NCBI GenBank assembly: GCA_040003485.1
Contig: JBDUCK010000001.1
Location: 1 to 48,171 of the forward strand
Direction of reading: 5' to 3'
DNA: 48,171 nt
Origin: Ferruginibacter sp.
GTDB lineage: Bacteria; Bacteroidota; Bacteroidia; Chitinophagales; Chitinophagaceae
Position numbers and translations under genes: made by a program. The notes beneath the pieces were generated by a model. That model saw only the letters and a list, made by a program, of their open reading frames with translations. It searched no databases and was not told the origin of the DNA. How positions within the stretch are numbered: position 1 is the stretch's first letter; each line of letters begins with the position of its first letter. Positions 17,750-25,744 of the stretch are shown here, piece by piece.

Positions 17750-18700
17750 TTATTTTTCTCTTACGTAAGTCAAATCATAACTGGTACTCCAGGTCTTGCC
17801 GCTATCAGCGGAAGTTTCATTAAACTGCCTCACCTGGTTTGGCCCCTCGTTATAAAAAATAAATCTGCCGTTTATTTTATTACCCTGCGCATCCGCCGAT
17901 TCAAATGTAAACCGCATAGCACTGTCTTTATATTCTCCGTTTACAAACTCCTGTACCCCATTTACATAATTACCAGCCCAGGATTGTTTCCATTTATTAG
18001 TTACCGGATCAATGAAATTTATACTCTTTCCGTTACTTCCAGTGCTGGTCCAGTTTTCTAAAATGGCACAGCCGCCAGAAATAAGTTGGATGATGCTATG
18101 CCCGGCCACTATTTTTGTTCCGGTTTGAAATACCTTCCATTCGCCCACCCAAAAATCAAATTCCCGTGCATGTGCATTTGACATACACGGATTAGCATTA
18201 ATATACACCTGGTCTCTTAAATGCTTAAAATATTTATCATTTCTTATCTTGTCATAATCTGTTAGCGTATCTATTTCTGCAACATTACTATAACCAAGGC
18301 TCACAGCGCTGTCCAGGTCGGTAAAAGCAATTTGCTTATCATTATGCAGGGCATGTATCCTCGCCATCCTGGAATAAACAATTATCTTAAGAGCCGGTGG
18401 AGGCATTTGGGAAAGCGATTTCTTAAAGCACTTTAATGCAGCATCATTCATTTTAAGATTATAGTAAGTAAAGCCCAGCCGGTTCCAGGCCAAAGCGCTT
18501 TTACTGGTATCCTTTAATATAGTTTCATAAAGTTGCTTTGCCTTAGTCCAATTTCTGGCGAGAAAAAATGAATCGGCTATTTGTATGCTGCCATTTAATA
18601 ATGGCTGTACAGCAGTTTGGGCGTTAGTGATAGTTACACTGATTAAAATCAGCAATACACTTATGGCAACTTTTAAAAAAAATTTCATTTTACAGTTCAT
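17750..18700 (-). CDS. Exported TPR-repeat protein with C-terminal beta-barrel-like domain (FDFWVGEW)
   Basis: Signal peptide; TPR-like AWNRLGFTYY; C-terminal REFDFWVGEW, GCAILENW and SADSGKTW blocks. Confidence 0.78.
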   Translation of the reverse strand: MNCKMKFFLKVAISVLLILISVTITNAQTAVQPLLNGSIQIADSFFLARNWTKAKQLYETILKDTSKSALAWNRLGFTYYNLKMNDAALKCFKKSLSQMPPPALKIIVYSRMARIHALHNDKQIAFTDLDSAVSLGYSNVAEIDTLTDYDKIRNDKYFKHLRDQVYINANPCMSNAHAREFDFWVGEWKVFQTGTKIVAGHSIIQLISGGCAILENWTSTGSNGKSINFIDPVTNKWKQSWAGNYVNGVQEFVNGEYKDSAMRFTFESADAQGNKINGRFIFYNEGPNQVRQFNETSADSGKTWSTSYDLTYVREK

Positions 18701-18721
18701 TTATACAACAATTTACTGCTA

Positions 18722-18753
18722 AAAAAATGACTTGCGTTGGTGAAAATTGACTT
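18722..18753 (-). promoter_or_regulatory. Tandem direct repeat, candidate AraC-family binding site
   Basis: Minus strand AAGTCAATTT and AAGTCATTTT with a 20-bp period, directly upstream of the TPR gene. Confidence 0.4.
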
Positions 18754-18951
18754 TTTTAATACGTAGAAGAATAACTGCTGGCAAATATCCCAGAGAAACC
18801 GAAAAGGATAGTTATGTTTAAGATACCTTTTCTTCTACTCTTTAAACTTTAGAAGAAGGAATTTTTTGCGCTGAAGGCCCTGCTGATCTTCTGCCATTGT
18901 AATGGTTTAAAAAATCAGTATGTTTATAGTATTACTTTAAAAAACATAGTT

Positions 18952-19314
18952 ATGAAAATTATCAGCTCCAAAGTTCATGGCATACTCGATTATCTTACTG
19001 TTATTTTTTTGGCTTTATCACCTACCCTGTTTAACATGGAGGGCAATCTTAAAAATTTTACCTATGGGCTGGCGGTAGTACACCTGCTGCTCACCATCCT
19101 TACCCGTTTTGAATTTGGAATTATAAAACTCATCCCATTTAAAATTCATGGGCTTATAGAATTGATGGTAGCTGTAGCCCTTGCTGCTGTTGCTTTCTGG
19201 TTCTACCACGATAATAATACTTTAGGATTTTATTTTTATATATGGCTTGCCATTACCATTCTTGTTGTATTCCTGCTCACAGATTTCAGCAGTGTAAAAA
19301 ACCCAGGAAGTTAA
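18952..19314 (+). CDS. Small four-TM membrane protein (SPW-repeat-like)
   Basis: Two repeats of H-G-x-x-D/E plus a TM hairpin (HGILDY..SPTLF; HGLIEL), each ending LT(R/D)F. Confidence 0.8.
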   Translation: MKIISSKVHGILDYLTVIFLALSPTLFNMEGNLKNFTYGLAVVHLLLTILTRFEFGIIKLIPFKIHGLIELMVAVALAAVAFWFYHDNNTLGFYFYIWLAITILVVFLLTDFSSVKNPGS

Positions 19315-19380
19315 TGCATAAGAAAACCAGGATTAATTAAAACCATAGTTTTATTTGTTGATGGCTATTGCGTTTTAAAT

Positions 19381-19414
19381 AAAAAATACCGGCTTTTTAA
19401 AGGCCGGTATTTTT
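19381..19414. terminator. Bidirectional intrinsic terminator
   Basis: AAAAAATACCGGC-TTTTTAAAG-GCCGGTATTTTT between convergent genes. Confidence 0.85.
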
Positions 19415-19428
19415 ACGCTATATCCTCC

Positions 19429-19659
19429 CTAATCATTACCTGATTGCTTTACGAGTTTGTTGTATACCCCAAATAAAAGAAAGGGTGCTACCCATTGCCC
19501 TACAAATAAAGCATCATGTTTTCTGTTCATAAATTTTAAGGTTAATGAAAGTGCAACGGCACCAAGAGCAGCTATCAAATAGACATCTGAAGGCAATTTT
19601 GCAGTTTGGTTTTCAATAGCTTTTGTAAATTTCCCTTCTGCATGTTCTGAATTTTCCAT
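19429..19659 (-). CDS. Small membrane protein (QTAKLPSD..FVGQW..YNK type)
   Basis: 76 aa with two hydrophobic segments; A-rich translation initiation region; terminator downstream. Confidence 0.82.
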   Translation of the reverse strand: MENSEHAEGKFTKAIENQTAKLPSDVYLIAALGAVALSLTLKFMNRKHDALFVGQWVAPFLLFGVYNKLVKQSGND

Positions 19660-19737
19660 AGTAATTTTTTTATGTGATTGATTTTTTTTAATAAAAACAG
19701 TATATCGGTCAGGCGCTGAACTGTAAAGTTTATAATC

Positions 19738-19872
19738 TTAGCTTTTTTTAGCTTTTTTTTCCGGAACACAATTAGGGACTTTTTTCCCATTCTTTACTTT
19801 ACTTCCAATTTTTTCATACCCTTTCCAACAAGGATCAGTTTTTTTATCTGTTGTTATCTTCTTAGCCTGCAT
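19738..19872 (-). CDS. 44-aa basic microprotein with PCWKGY..VPNCVP motif (not in ORF track)
   Basis: Manual translation MQAKKITTDKKTDPCWKGYEKIGSKVKNGKKVPNCVPEKKAKKS*; ATG at 19872, TAA at 19740-19738; sigma54-like motif just upstream. Confidence 0.8.
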   Translation of the reverse strand: MQAKKITTDKKTDPCWKGYEKIGSKVKNGKKVPNCVPEKKAKKS

Positions 19873-19884
19873 AGCTATATAAAA

Positions 19885-19899
19885 ACCAAAATTGTGCCG
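19885..19899 (-). promoter_or_regulatory. Putative sigma54 promoter for the microprotein gene
   Basis: Minus strand CGGCACAATTTTGGT; predicted +1 about 19873, next to the ATG. Confidence 0.5.
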
Positions 19900-19921
19900 C
19901 AGGTGGTCAATCTTTATTTTG

Positions 19922-19937
19922 TGGAACTACTTTTGCA
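19922..19937 (+). promoter_or_regulatory. Overlapping sigma54-like (GG-N10-GC) and primary-sigma (TAnnTTTG) promoter motif
   Basis: TGGAACTACTTTTGCA contains both GG-N10-GC and TACTTTTG. Confidence 0.45.
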
Positions 19938-20109
19938 GATTTTAATTAAAGATGAAACAAAATCCAAAAGAAACGGCTGGGGCTATATTTCATCTACGGA
20001 TTCAGGCGACATCAATTATTAAGATGTGCAAATAGTACCCCATCCCGATTTTAAAAAACCAGCGCTGCCTTATTTTATTTATGGCACAGTTTTCCAGTAT
20101 TATAGAGTA

Positions 20110-20586
20110 ATGCCTAACACTGTGTATCCACTGCAAAAAAATATTTCTTCCCAAGTCATTCTTTCCACTATCGTCGTGAATAAAGATTTAAGAGGATGGC
20201 AACTTTTCTATGATAAATATGCGGCAGCAATGTTTGGCTGTATATGCTCTCTTACCAGCGATAATCAGATTGCAGAACAGATATTACTGGATGCTATAAT
20301 GCAGTTGAAAGAAAAAGAAATTCTACAAACTTTCAGTTATGCCTTTTTACCCAGCCTGTTGAAGTATACTAACGATTTTACAATTCAGCAGCTACTGCAG
20401 CAGGGAATGGAACCAAAAACGGAAGATACTTTTCAAAAAGCGAGACTTACCTATCTTATCTGCAGCAGGTGTTATTCTCTTAAGGAGGCTGCTGCCATTC
20501 TTAATATTTCAGAAGAAGAAACAAAGAAAAAACTTCACCTGGAATTTTTAGACATGCGTGAGGAAACTGCAAGGTTTACAAAATAA
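20110..20586 (+). CDS. Degenerate ECF sigma-factor-like protein
   Basis: Region-2-like FYDKYAAAMFG..SDNQIAEQILLD and region-4-like YSLKEAAAILNISEEETKKKL. ATG at 20110 preferred over GTG at 20026. Confidence 0.65.
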   Translation: MPNTVYPLQKNISSQVILSTIVVNKDLRGWQLFYDKYAAAMFGCICSLTSDNQIAEQILLDAIMQLKEKEILQTFSYAFLPSLLKYTNDFTIQQLLQQGMEPKTEDTFQKARLTYLICSRCYSLKEAAAILNISEEETKKKLHLEFLDMREETARFTK

Positions 20587-20784
20587 ATTTGTAACAGCGA
20601 AACAAGGGTGAAAGAAATAATAATCCCGGAATGAGTTCATCATTTTTAAGTTGCGTCACTTGAAATTCCGGCTATTTTTCTACGAAGTAACCTGCCATCC
20701 AGTATTAAGTTTTTAAACATTTAGAACACAGAATAAACTACCTTTAGCAATATCACTCTTCAGCTCTTTTATTACTGTATTTAA

Positions 20785-23700
20785 ATGTTCTTAGCGAACA
20801 AAAAAAATATGTCCAAAGCAGATACAGGCAAACCTGTAATAATTTCTAAAAATCTTTTTCCGGTGGTAGGCATAGGCGCATCTGCGGGCGGGCTGGAAGC
20901 GTTTAAAAACCTGGTAAAAGCTATTCCCGAAAACTCCGGCATGGCTTATATTTTAGTACAGCATTTACATCCCGAGCATGAAAGCGCCTTGCCGGAAATA
21001 CTGCAGCGTTTTACCCATATCCCCGTAGTAGAAATAAGCGATAATGTACATGTGGATCCCAATCATATTTATGTGATCCCCAGCAATAAATTGATGGTGG
21101 CTACCGATGGTATTTTAAAACTAAGCCCAAGACTGGCCAAACAGAATTTGCCCATCAATATATTTTTTTCTTCGCTTGCCGAAGTGCACCAGGGCCATTC
21201 CATTGGTGTCGTCTTGTCAGGCACTGGGGGAGATGGCACAGCAGGATTAAAAGATATTAAAGACCAGGGTGGCCTTACGTTTGCACAAGACCCTGCTTCT
21301 GCAGCTTATGATGGTATGCCACAGCACGCTATTGATGCACAGGTAGTGGACTTTATTCTTACGCCTGAAAAAATGCCGCAAAAGCTGATGGAATTGCAAC
21401 AGTCTTTCAACAACCTTGCTGCCGAAGATGAAATTATCTCAAAAGATAAAACAATTGAAGATGCCTTTCGCCAGATACTGGCCATGCTGAGAGTGAGGGT
21501 GGGCGTGGATTTCAGTTATTATAAACAAACAACCGTTCGCCGCCGCATTACCCGCCGCCTGCTGATGCTTAATCTGGAGACCATTACTGAATACCTGGAA
21601 CACCTGAAAAAAAATAAAACCGAACAGGATATTTTATTTAATGATCTGCTGATACCGGTTACTTCTTTTTTTAGAGACCCACTTACTTTTGATACTTTAT
21701 GCGAAACCGTTATACCGGAAATTACAAAAAATAAATCGGTAACTGATCCGCTGCGCATCTGGATAGCCGGGTGCAGTACCGGGCAGGAAGCCTATTCCAT
21801 GGCTATTTGCCTGCACGAATACTTAAGCGATCATATTGCTAATATTAAAGTACAGATTTTCGCCACCGATCTTTCTGAGAAAGCCATTAAAATTGCCCGG
21901 AGCGGTACCTATACCAAAAAAGAAACAGAGGGACTTTCTGAAACCCGGCTGGAACAGTATTTTGATAAAACAAACGGGCAGTACCAGGTAAAAAAGCAGG
22001 TAAGGGATATGTGTGTATTTGCGGTGCATAATTTTTTAAAAGATCCGCCATTTGCTAAAATGGATTTTATCAGTTGCCGCAATGTGCTCATTTATTTAGA
22101 GCCTTTTCTGCAGAAAAAAGCCCTTACCATTTTTCATTATGCCTTAAATGATAAAGCCATTTTGTTGCTGGGTAAGTCAGAAACTACCGGCAATGCGGCT
22201 GATCTTTTTATTGACTTTGGGCAAAAAGATAAATTGTACAGCCGCAACACTGCCCCCGGAAGATTTATGAATGTAACCTCCGAACCAAGGGAAACAGCCT
22301 TTAGGGATAACAATTATCTCTTGCGTAGCAAAGAAGGAAAAACAGAAGACTTTCAAAAAAATGCCGACGATATTTTATTACAGAAATATACACCGGTGGG
22401 TGTGGTAGTAAATGAACAGTTTGATATTGTGCAGTTTCGTGGCGCTACCGGCCAATACCTGGAACCCTCGCCGGGCAAAGCCAGCCTTAATGTTTTAAAA
22501 ATGGCAAGGGAAGGTTTATCTTTTGAAATACGCAATGCACTGCACAAAGCAAAAACAACCAGCGAGCCTTTTATAAAAGAAGCCATCCCGATAAATGAAG
22601 GAAAAAAATTGGTAACCATTGAAGTGGTACCGTTATTGAACACTATTGATCTGCACTTTTTAATTCTGTTCAGGGGGCAACCGCCAATCAGCAATGAACA
22701 ACTGGCAACCGGCAAAGAAAAAAGCCTTGCAGCAAAAACAAGAAAAGATGAAAAAGATGCCCGCATTGCACAATTAGAAAAAGAACTTGGCCAGGCCCGG
22801 GAAGATATGCGTAGCATTACCGAGGAACAGGAAGCCGCCAATGAAGAACTGCAGAGCAGCAACGAAGAACTGCTTAGTGGCGGCGAAGAACTGCAAAGCC
22901 TTAACGAAGAATTAGAAACCAGCAAAGAAGAATTGCAAAGTACCAACGAAGAACTGATTACCGTAAACCAGGAGCTCTATGACCGTAATGAAGAAGTAAG
23001 TCAAAGCCGCAAATTTGCGGAAGCTACCCTTGCTGTACTGCATGAGCCGCTGCTGGTAATGGATAAAAATTTTGATATTAAAAGCGTCAACAAATCTTTT
23101 TATAAAATTTTTCAGTTGACGGAAGATGATATATTGGGGAAAAGTTTATTTACCCTGCAGCAAGGTTGCTGGGATACCCCTGCCTTAAGAAAGGAACTGG
23201 AAAATATTCAGAAAGAAAAAGAAAAGACGATTGAAATGGAAATAGTTTTTTTATTTCCTGAAATCGGCGAACGAAACATTTGTGTTAATCTGCAACTATT
23301 AAGCAGGGAGAGTGGTGAGCAATTGATTTTACTGGCATTGGATGATATCAGTTTGCAAAAAAAAGCAGAAAAAGTGCTGGAGGAAAAAGCAAAAGGCGTT
23401 GCAAAAGAGTATGAAGTGCTGCATGGTTTTTTAATGGAAGCACCGGCGCTCTTTGCTATTTTAAAAGGCCCCGACCATGTTTTTGAATTTGCCAATACAC
23501 TCTATCACCAGTTTACCGGCAACAGGAATATCATTGGTAAAAAATTAATAGTCGCCTTGCCGGAAGTAATGGACCAGGGTTTTTTAGAAATTTTAGATAA
23601 AGTATATACTACCGGGCAGCCATATGTAGGCAGGGAGATGCTTACTTCTATGGAAACACAAAGAGGAAAGTGGCAGGATCACTATGTTAATTTTAACTAT

Positions 23701-25230
23701 GAGCCTATACTTGATAACCAGGGGCAGCCGGAAGGCATTTTAGTTTTTGCTTATGATGTAACAGAGATAGTACAGGGCCGTAAGCATCTGCAGCGCAATG
23801 CAAAAATGATACAGGATATGTACATGAATGCACCGGCTTATGTAGCTACTTTAATGGGGCCTGATCATGTGTATGAATTGGTAAACCCATCTTACCAAAA
23901 ACTGTTTGGAGCAAGAAAAATTACCGGTAAGCCTATTCTGGTAGCGCTGCCGGAACTGGTGGGCCAGGGCTTTGATAGAATTTTAGACAACGTTTATAAC
24001 ACGGGGGAAATATTTCTCGGTAACGAAGTGCTTATACGGCTGGCTTATGATGAAGGCCTTGAACCGGCAGAACGATATTTTAATTTTAGTTACCAGCCAA
24101 TTTATGATGAGGATAATAAAATAATCGGGGTACTGGTTTTTGGTTACGAAGTAACAGACGAGATAAAGGGTAGAAAAATTCAGGAAGAAAGCGCTGCCCG
24201 CTTTGGTATTCTCACCAATGCCATGCCGCAAAAAATGTGGATGGCAGATGAACTGGGTAATGTAAATTATTTAAACCAGCAATGGTTCACCTATACCCAA
24301 AAAAGTTTTGACGAACTTAAAGGCCTGGGCTGGGAAAAAATTATACATCCCGATGACTGGAACCATAACAAACAAACCTGGCTTAACTCCATCAGCACAG
24401 GCGATGATTTTGAATTGCAGCACCGCTTTTTAAAATATGACGGCACGTATCATTGGCATCTTAGCCGTGGGCATGCACAAAAAGATGACACCGGAAAAGT
24501 AATTGTGTGGATAGGAACGCATACTGATATTGATGAACAGAAAATAAAGGAACAGAAAAAAGATGAATTCATTAGTATTGCCAGCCACGAAATGAAAACA
24601 CCCCTTACTACTGCCAAAGCATACCTGCAGTTATTGGAGCTTTCTTTGGATAAAAGGAATGAGAATGCAAATCTTTATGCAAAAAAAGCAAGTCAGTCGG
24701 TTACACGGCTCAATGAACTGATAACCGAATTACTGGATGTAAGTAAAATACAATATGGTAAATTAAATTATAATATTGCCAGCTTCGATTTTAATGATAT
24801 GATCAATAATTCTGTAGAGGATATACAGCATACCACTGCAAAACATACTATCATAAAAACCGGCAAAGTGCAGCAGGTGGTTACCGGGGATAAAAACCGG
24901 TTGCAGCAGGTAGTAAACAATTTATTAAGCAATGCTATAAAATATTCGCCCGATTCCCTGGATATTTTGATAAACGTAGAGCAGGCAAATGGGGAAATAA
25001 AAGTTTCGGTAAAAGATCATGGACTCGGAATATCAAAACAACATCTTGAAAAGATATTTGACCGATATTACCGCATAGAAGAACATGCGATAGAATTTCA
25101 GGGCCTGGGCATAGGGCTATTTATTTCTTACGAAATTATTCAACGGCACCATGGCAAACTCTGGGCAGAAAGCGAAGCCGGAAAAGGAAGTACATTCTAT
25201 TTTACCTTACCAATAAATATGGAGCAGTAA
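20785..25230 (+). CDS. CheB methylesterase-CheR methyltransferase-multi-PAS histidine kinase fusion
   Basis: CheB GASAGG / VQHL / DG; CheR VTSFFRD, WIAGCSTGQEAYS, ISCRNVLIY; EEL heptads; several PAS domains; ASHEMKTPLT H-box; NLLSNAIKYS, DHGLG, GLGIGL. Alternative start at 20809. Confidence 0.95.
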   Translation: MFLANKKNMSKADTGKPVIISKNLFPVVGIGASAGGLEAFKNLVKAIPENSGMAYILVQHLHPEHESALPEILQRFTHIPVVEISDNVHVDPNHIYVIPSNKLMVATDGILKLSPRLAKQNLPINIFFSSLAEVHQGHSIGVVLSGTGGDGTAGLKDIKDQGGLTFAQDPASAAYDGMPQHAIDAQVVDFILTPEKMPQKLMELQQSFNNLAAEDEIISKDKTIEDAFRQILAMLRVRVGVDFSYYKQTTVRRRITRRLLMLNLETITEYLEHLKKNKTEQDILFNDLLIPVTSFFRDPLTFDTLCETVIPEITKNKSVTDPLRIWIAGCSTGQEAYSMAICLHEYLSDHIANIKVQIFATDLSEKAIKIARSGTYTKKETEGLSETRLEQYFDKTNGQYQVKKQVRDMCVFAVHNFLKDPPFAKMDFISCRNVLIYLEPFLQKKALTIFHYALNDKAILLLGKSETTGNAADLFIDFGQKDKLYSRNTAPGRFMNVTSEPRETAFRDNNYLLRSKEGKTEDFQKNADDILLQKYTPVGVVVNEQFDIVQFRGATGQYLEPSPGKASLNVLKMAREGLSFEIRNALHKAKTTSEPFIKEAIPINEGKKLVTIEVVPLLNTIDLHFLILFRGQPPISNEQLATGKEKSLAAKTRKDEKDARIAQLEKELGQAREDMRSITEEQEAANEELQSSNEELLSGGEELQSLNEELETSKEELQSTNEELITVNQELYDRNEEVSQSRKFAEATLAVLHEPLLVMDKNFDIKSVNKSFYKIFQLTEDDILGKSLFTLQQGCWDTPALRKELENIQKEKEKTIEMEIVFLFPEIGERNICVNLQLLSRESGEQLILLALDDISLQKKAEKVLEEKAKGVAKEYEVLHGFLMEAPALFAILKGPDHVFEFANTLYHQFTGNRNIIGKKLIVALPEVMDQGFLEILDKVYTTGQPYVGREMLTSMETQRGKWQDHYVNFNYEPILDNQGQPEGILVFAYDVTEIVQGRKHLQRNAKMIQDMYMNAPAYVATLMGPDHVYELVNPSYQKLFGARKITGKPILVALPELVGQGFDRILDNVYNTGEIFLGNEVLIRLAYDEGLEPAERYFNFSYQPIYDEDNKIIGVLVFGYEVTDEIKGRKIQEESAARFGILTNAMPQKMWMADELGNVNYLNQQWFTYTQKSFDELKGLGWEKIIHPDDWNHNKQTWLNSISTGDDFELQHRFLKYDGTYHWHLSRGHAQKDDTGKVIVWIGTHTDIDEQKIKEQKKDEFISIASHEMKTPLTTAKAYLQLLELSLDKRNENANLYAKKASQSVTRLNELITELLDVSKIQYGKLNYNIASFDFNDMINNSVEDIQHTTAKHTIIKTGKVQQVVTGDKNRLQQVVNNLLSNAIKYSPDSLDILINVEQANGEIKVSVKDHGLGISKQHLEKIFDRYYRIEEHAIEFQGLGIGLFISYEIIQRHHGKLWAESEAGKGSTFYFTLPINMEQ
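22840..22965 (+). repeat. Six 21-nt coding repeats (xEELxxx heptads) inside the CheBR kinase
   Basis: NEELQSS NEELLSG GEELQSL NEELETS KEELQST NEELITV. Confidence 0.85.
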
Positions 25231-25284
25231 AACGAAATAAAGGAAATTTATAATTGATCTTTAGTTTACCCCTAAATTAGCAGT

Positions 25285-25644
25285 ATGAAAAAAAATGTTT
25301 TGATATATGATGATGACCTGGAAATTTTATTTTTGTGCAAGGCAATTTTAAACAAAGAACAATACTATGTAGAGACCCTCCCCCGCTGCGAAAACGTGCT
25401 GGATGATATTTTGATGATAAAGCCCGATATTATTTTAATGGATCTGTGGATACCGGAGATCGGCGGCGAAAGAGCCATAACTATGGTGAAAGAGAACCCG
25501 GGCACGCAGCATATTCCCATCTTCCTTTTTTCTGCCAATGCAGAAATAAAGGAAATCTGCAAAAAAGTAAATGCCGATGGTTATATAGAAAAGCCATTTG
25601 ATATTGCTTACTTTAAAGAAACTATTGAGAAGAATATTTTGTAA
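25285..25644 (+). CDS. Single-domain response regulator (receiver only)
   Basis: IYDDD, ILMDLWIP, FSAN, EKPFD; no output domain. Confidence 0.93.
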   Translation: MKKNVLIYDDDLEILFLCKAILNKEQYYVETLPRCENVLDDILMIKPDIILMDLWIPEIGGERAITMVKENPGTQHIPIFLFSANAEIKEICKKVNADGYIEKPFDIAYFKETIEKNIL

Positions 25645-25744
25645 GTTGAAAAAAACTCATCCACGCTGTTTTTATAAAATAGTGCTGGCGGCAAAAATTC
25701 AAAAAACGCTGCACTCATAAAATTCTTTCTTCAGTAATAAAAAT

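Noticed and set aside
19575-19790. Track ORF of 71 aa (MGKKSLIVF..)
   Set aside because: Out of frame with both the 44-aa microprotein and the 76-aa membrane protein, which have better motif support.
19952-20035. 27-codon ORF MKQNPKETAGAIFHLRIQATSIIKMCK
   Set aside because: Follows a promoter-like motif but has no recognisable features; too weak to list as a gene.
22840-22965. 21-nt repeats as a CRISPR-like array
   Set aside because: They are in-frame coding heptads with no spacers and no cas genes.
20785-25644. Reading CheB/CheR plus receiver as a chemotaxis operon
   Set aside because: No MCP, CheA, CheW or flagellar genes in the window, and the kinase is a class I HisKA type.
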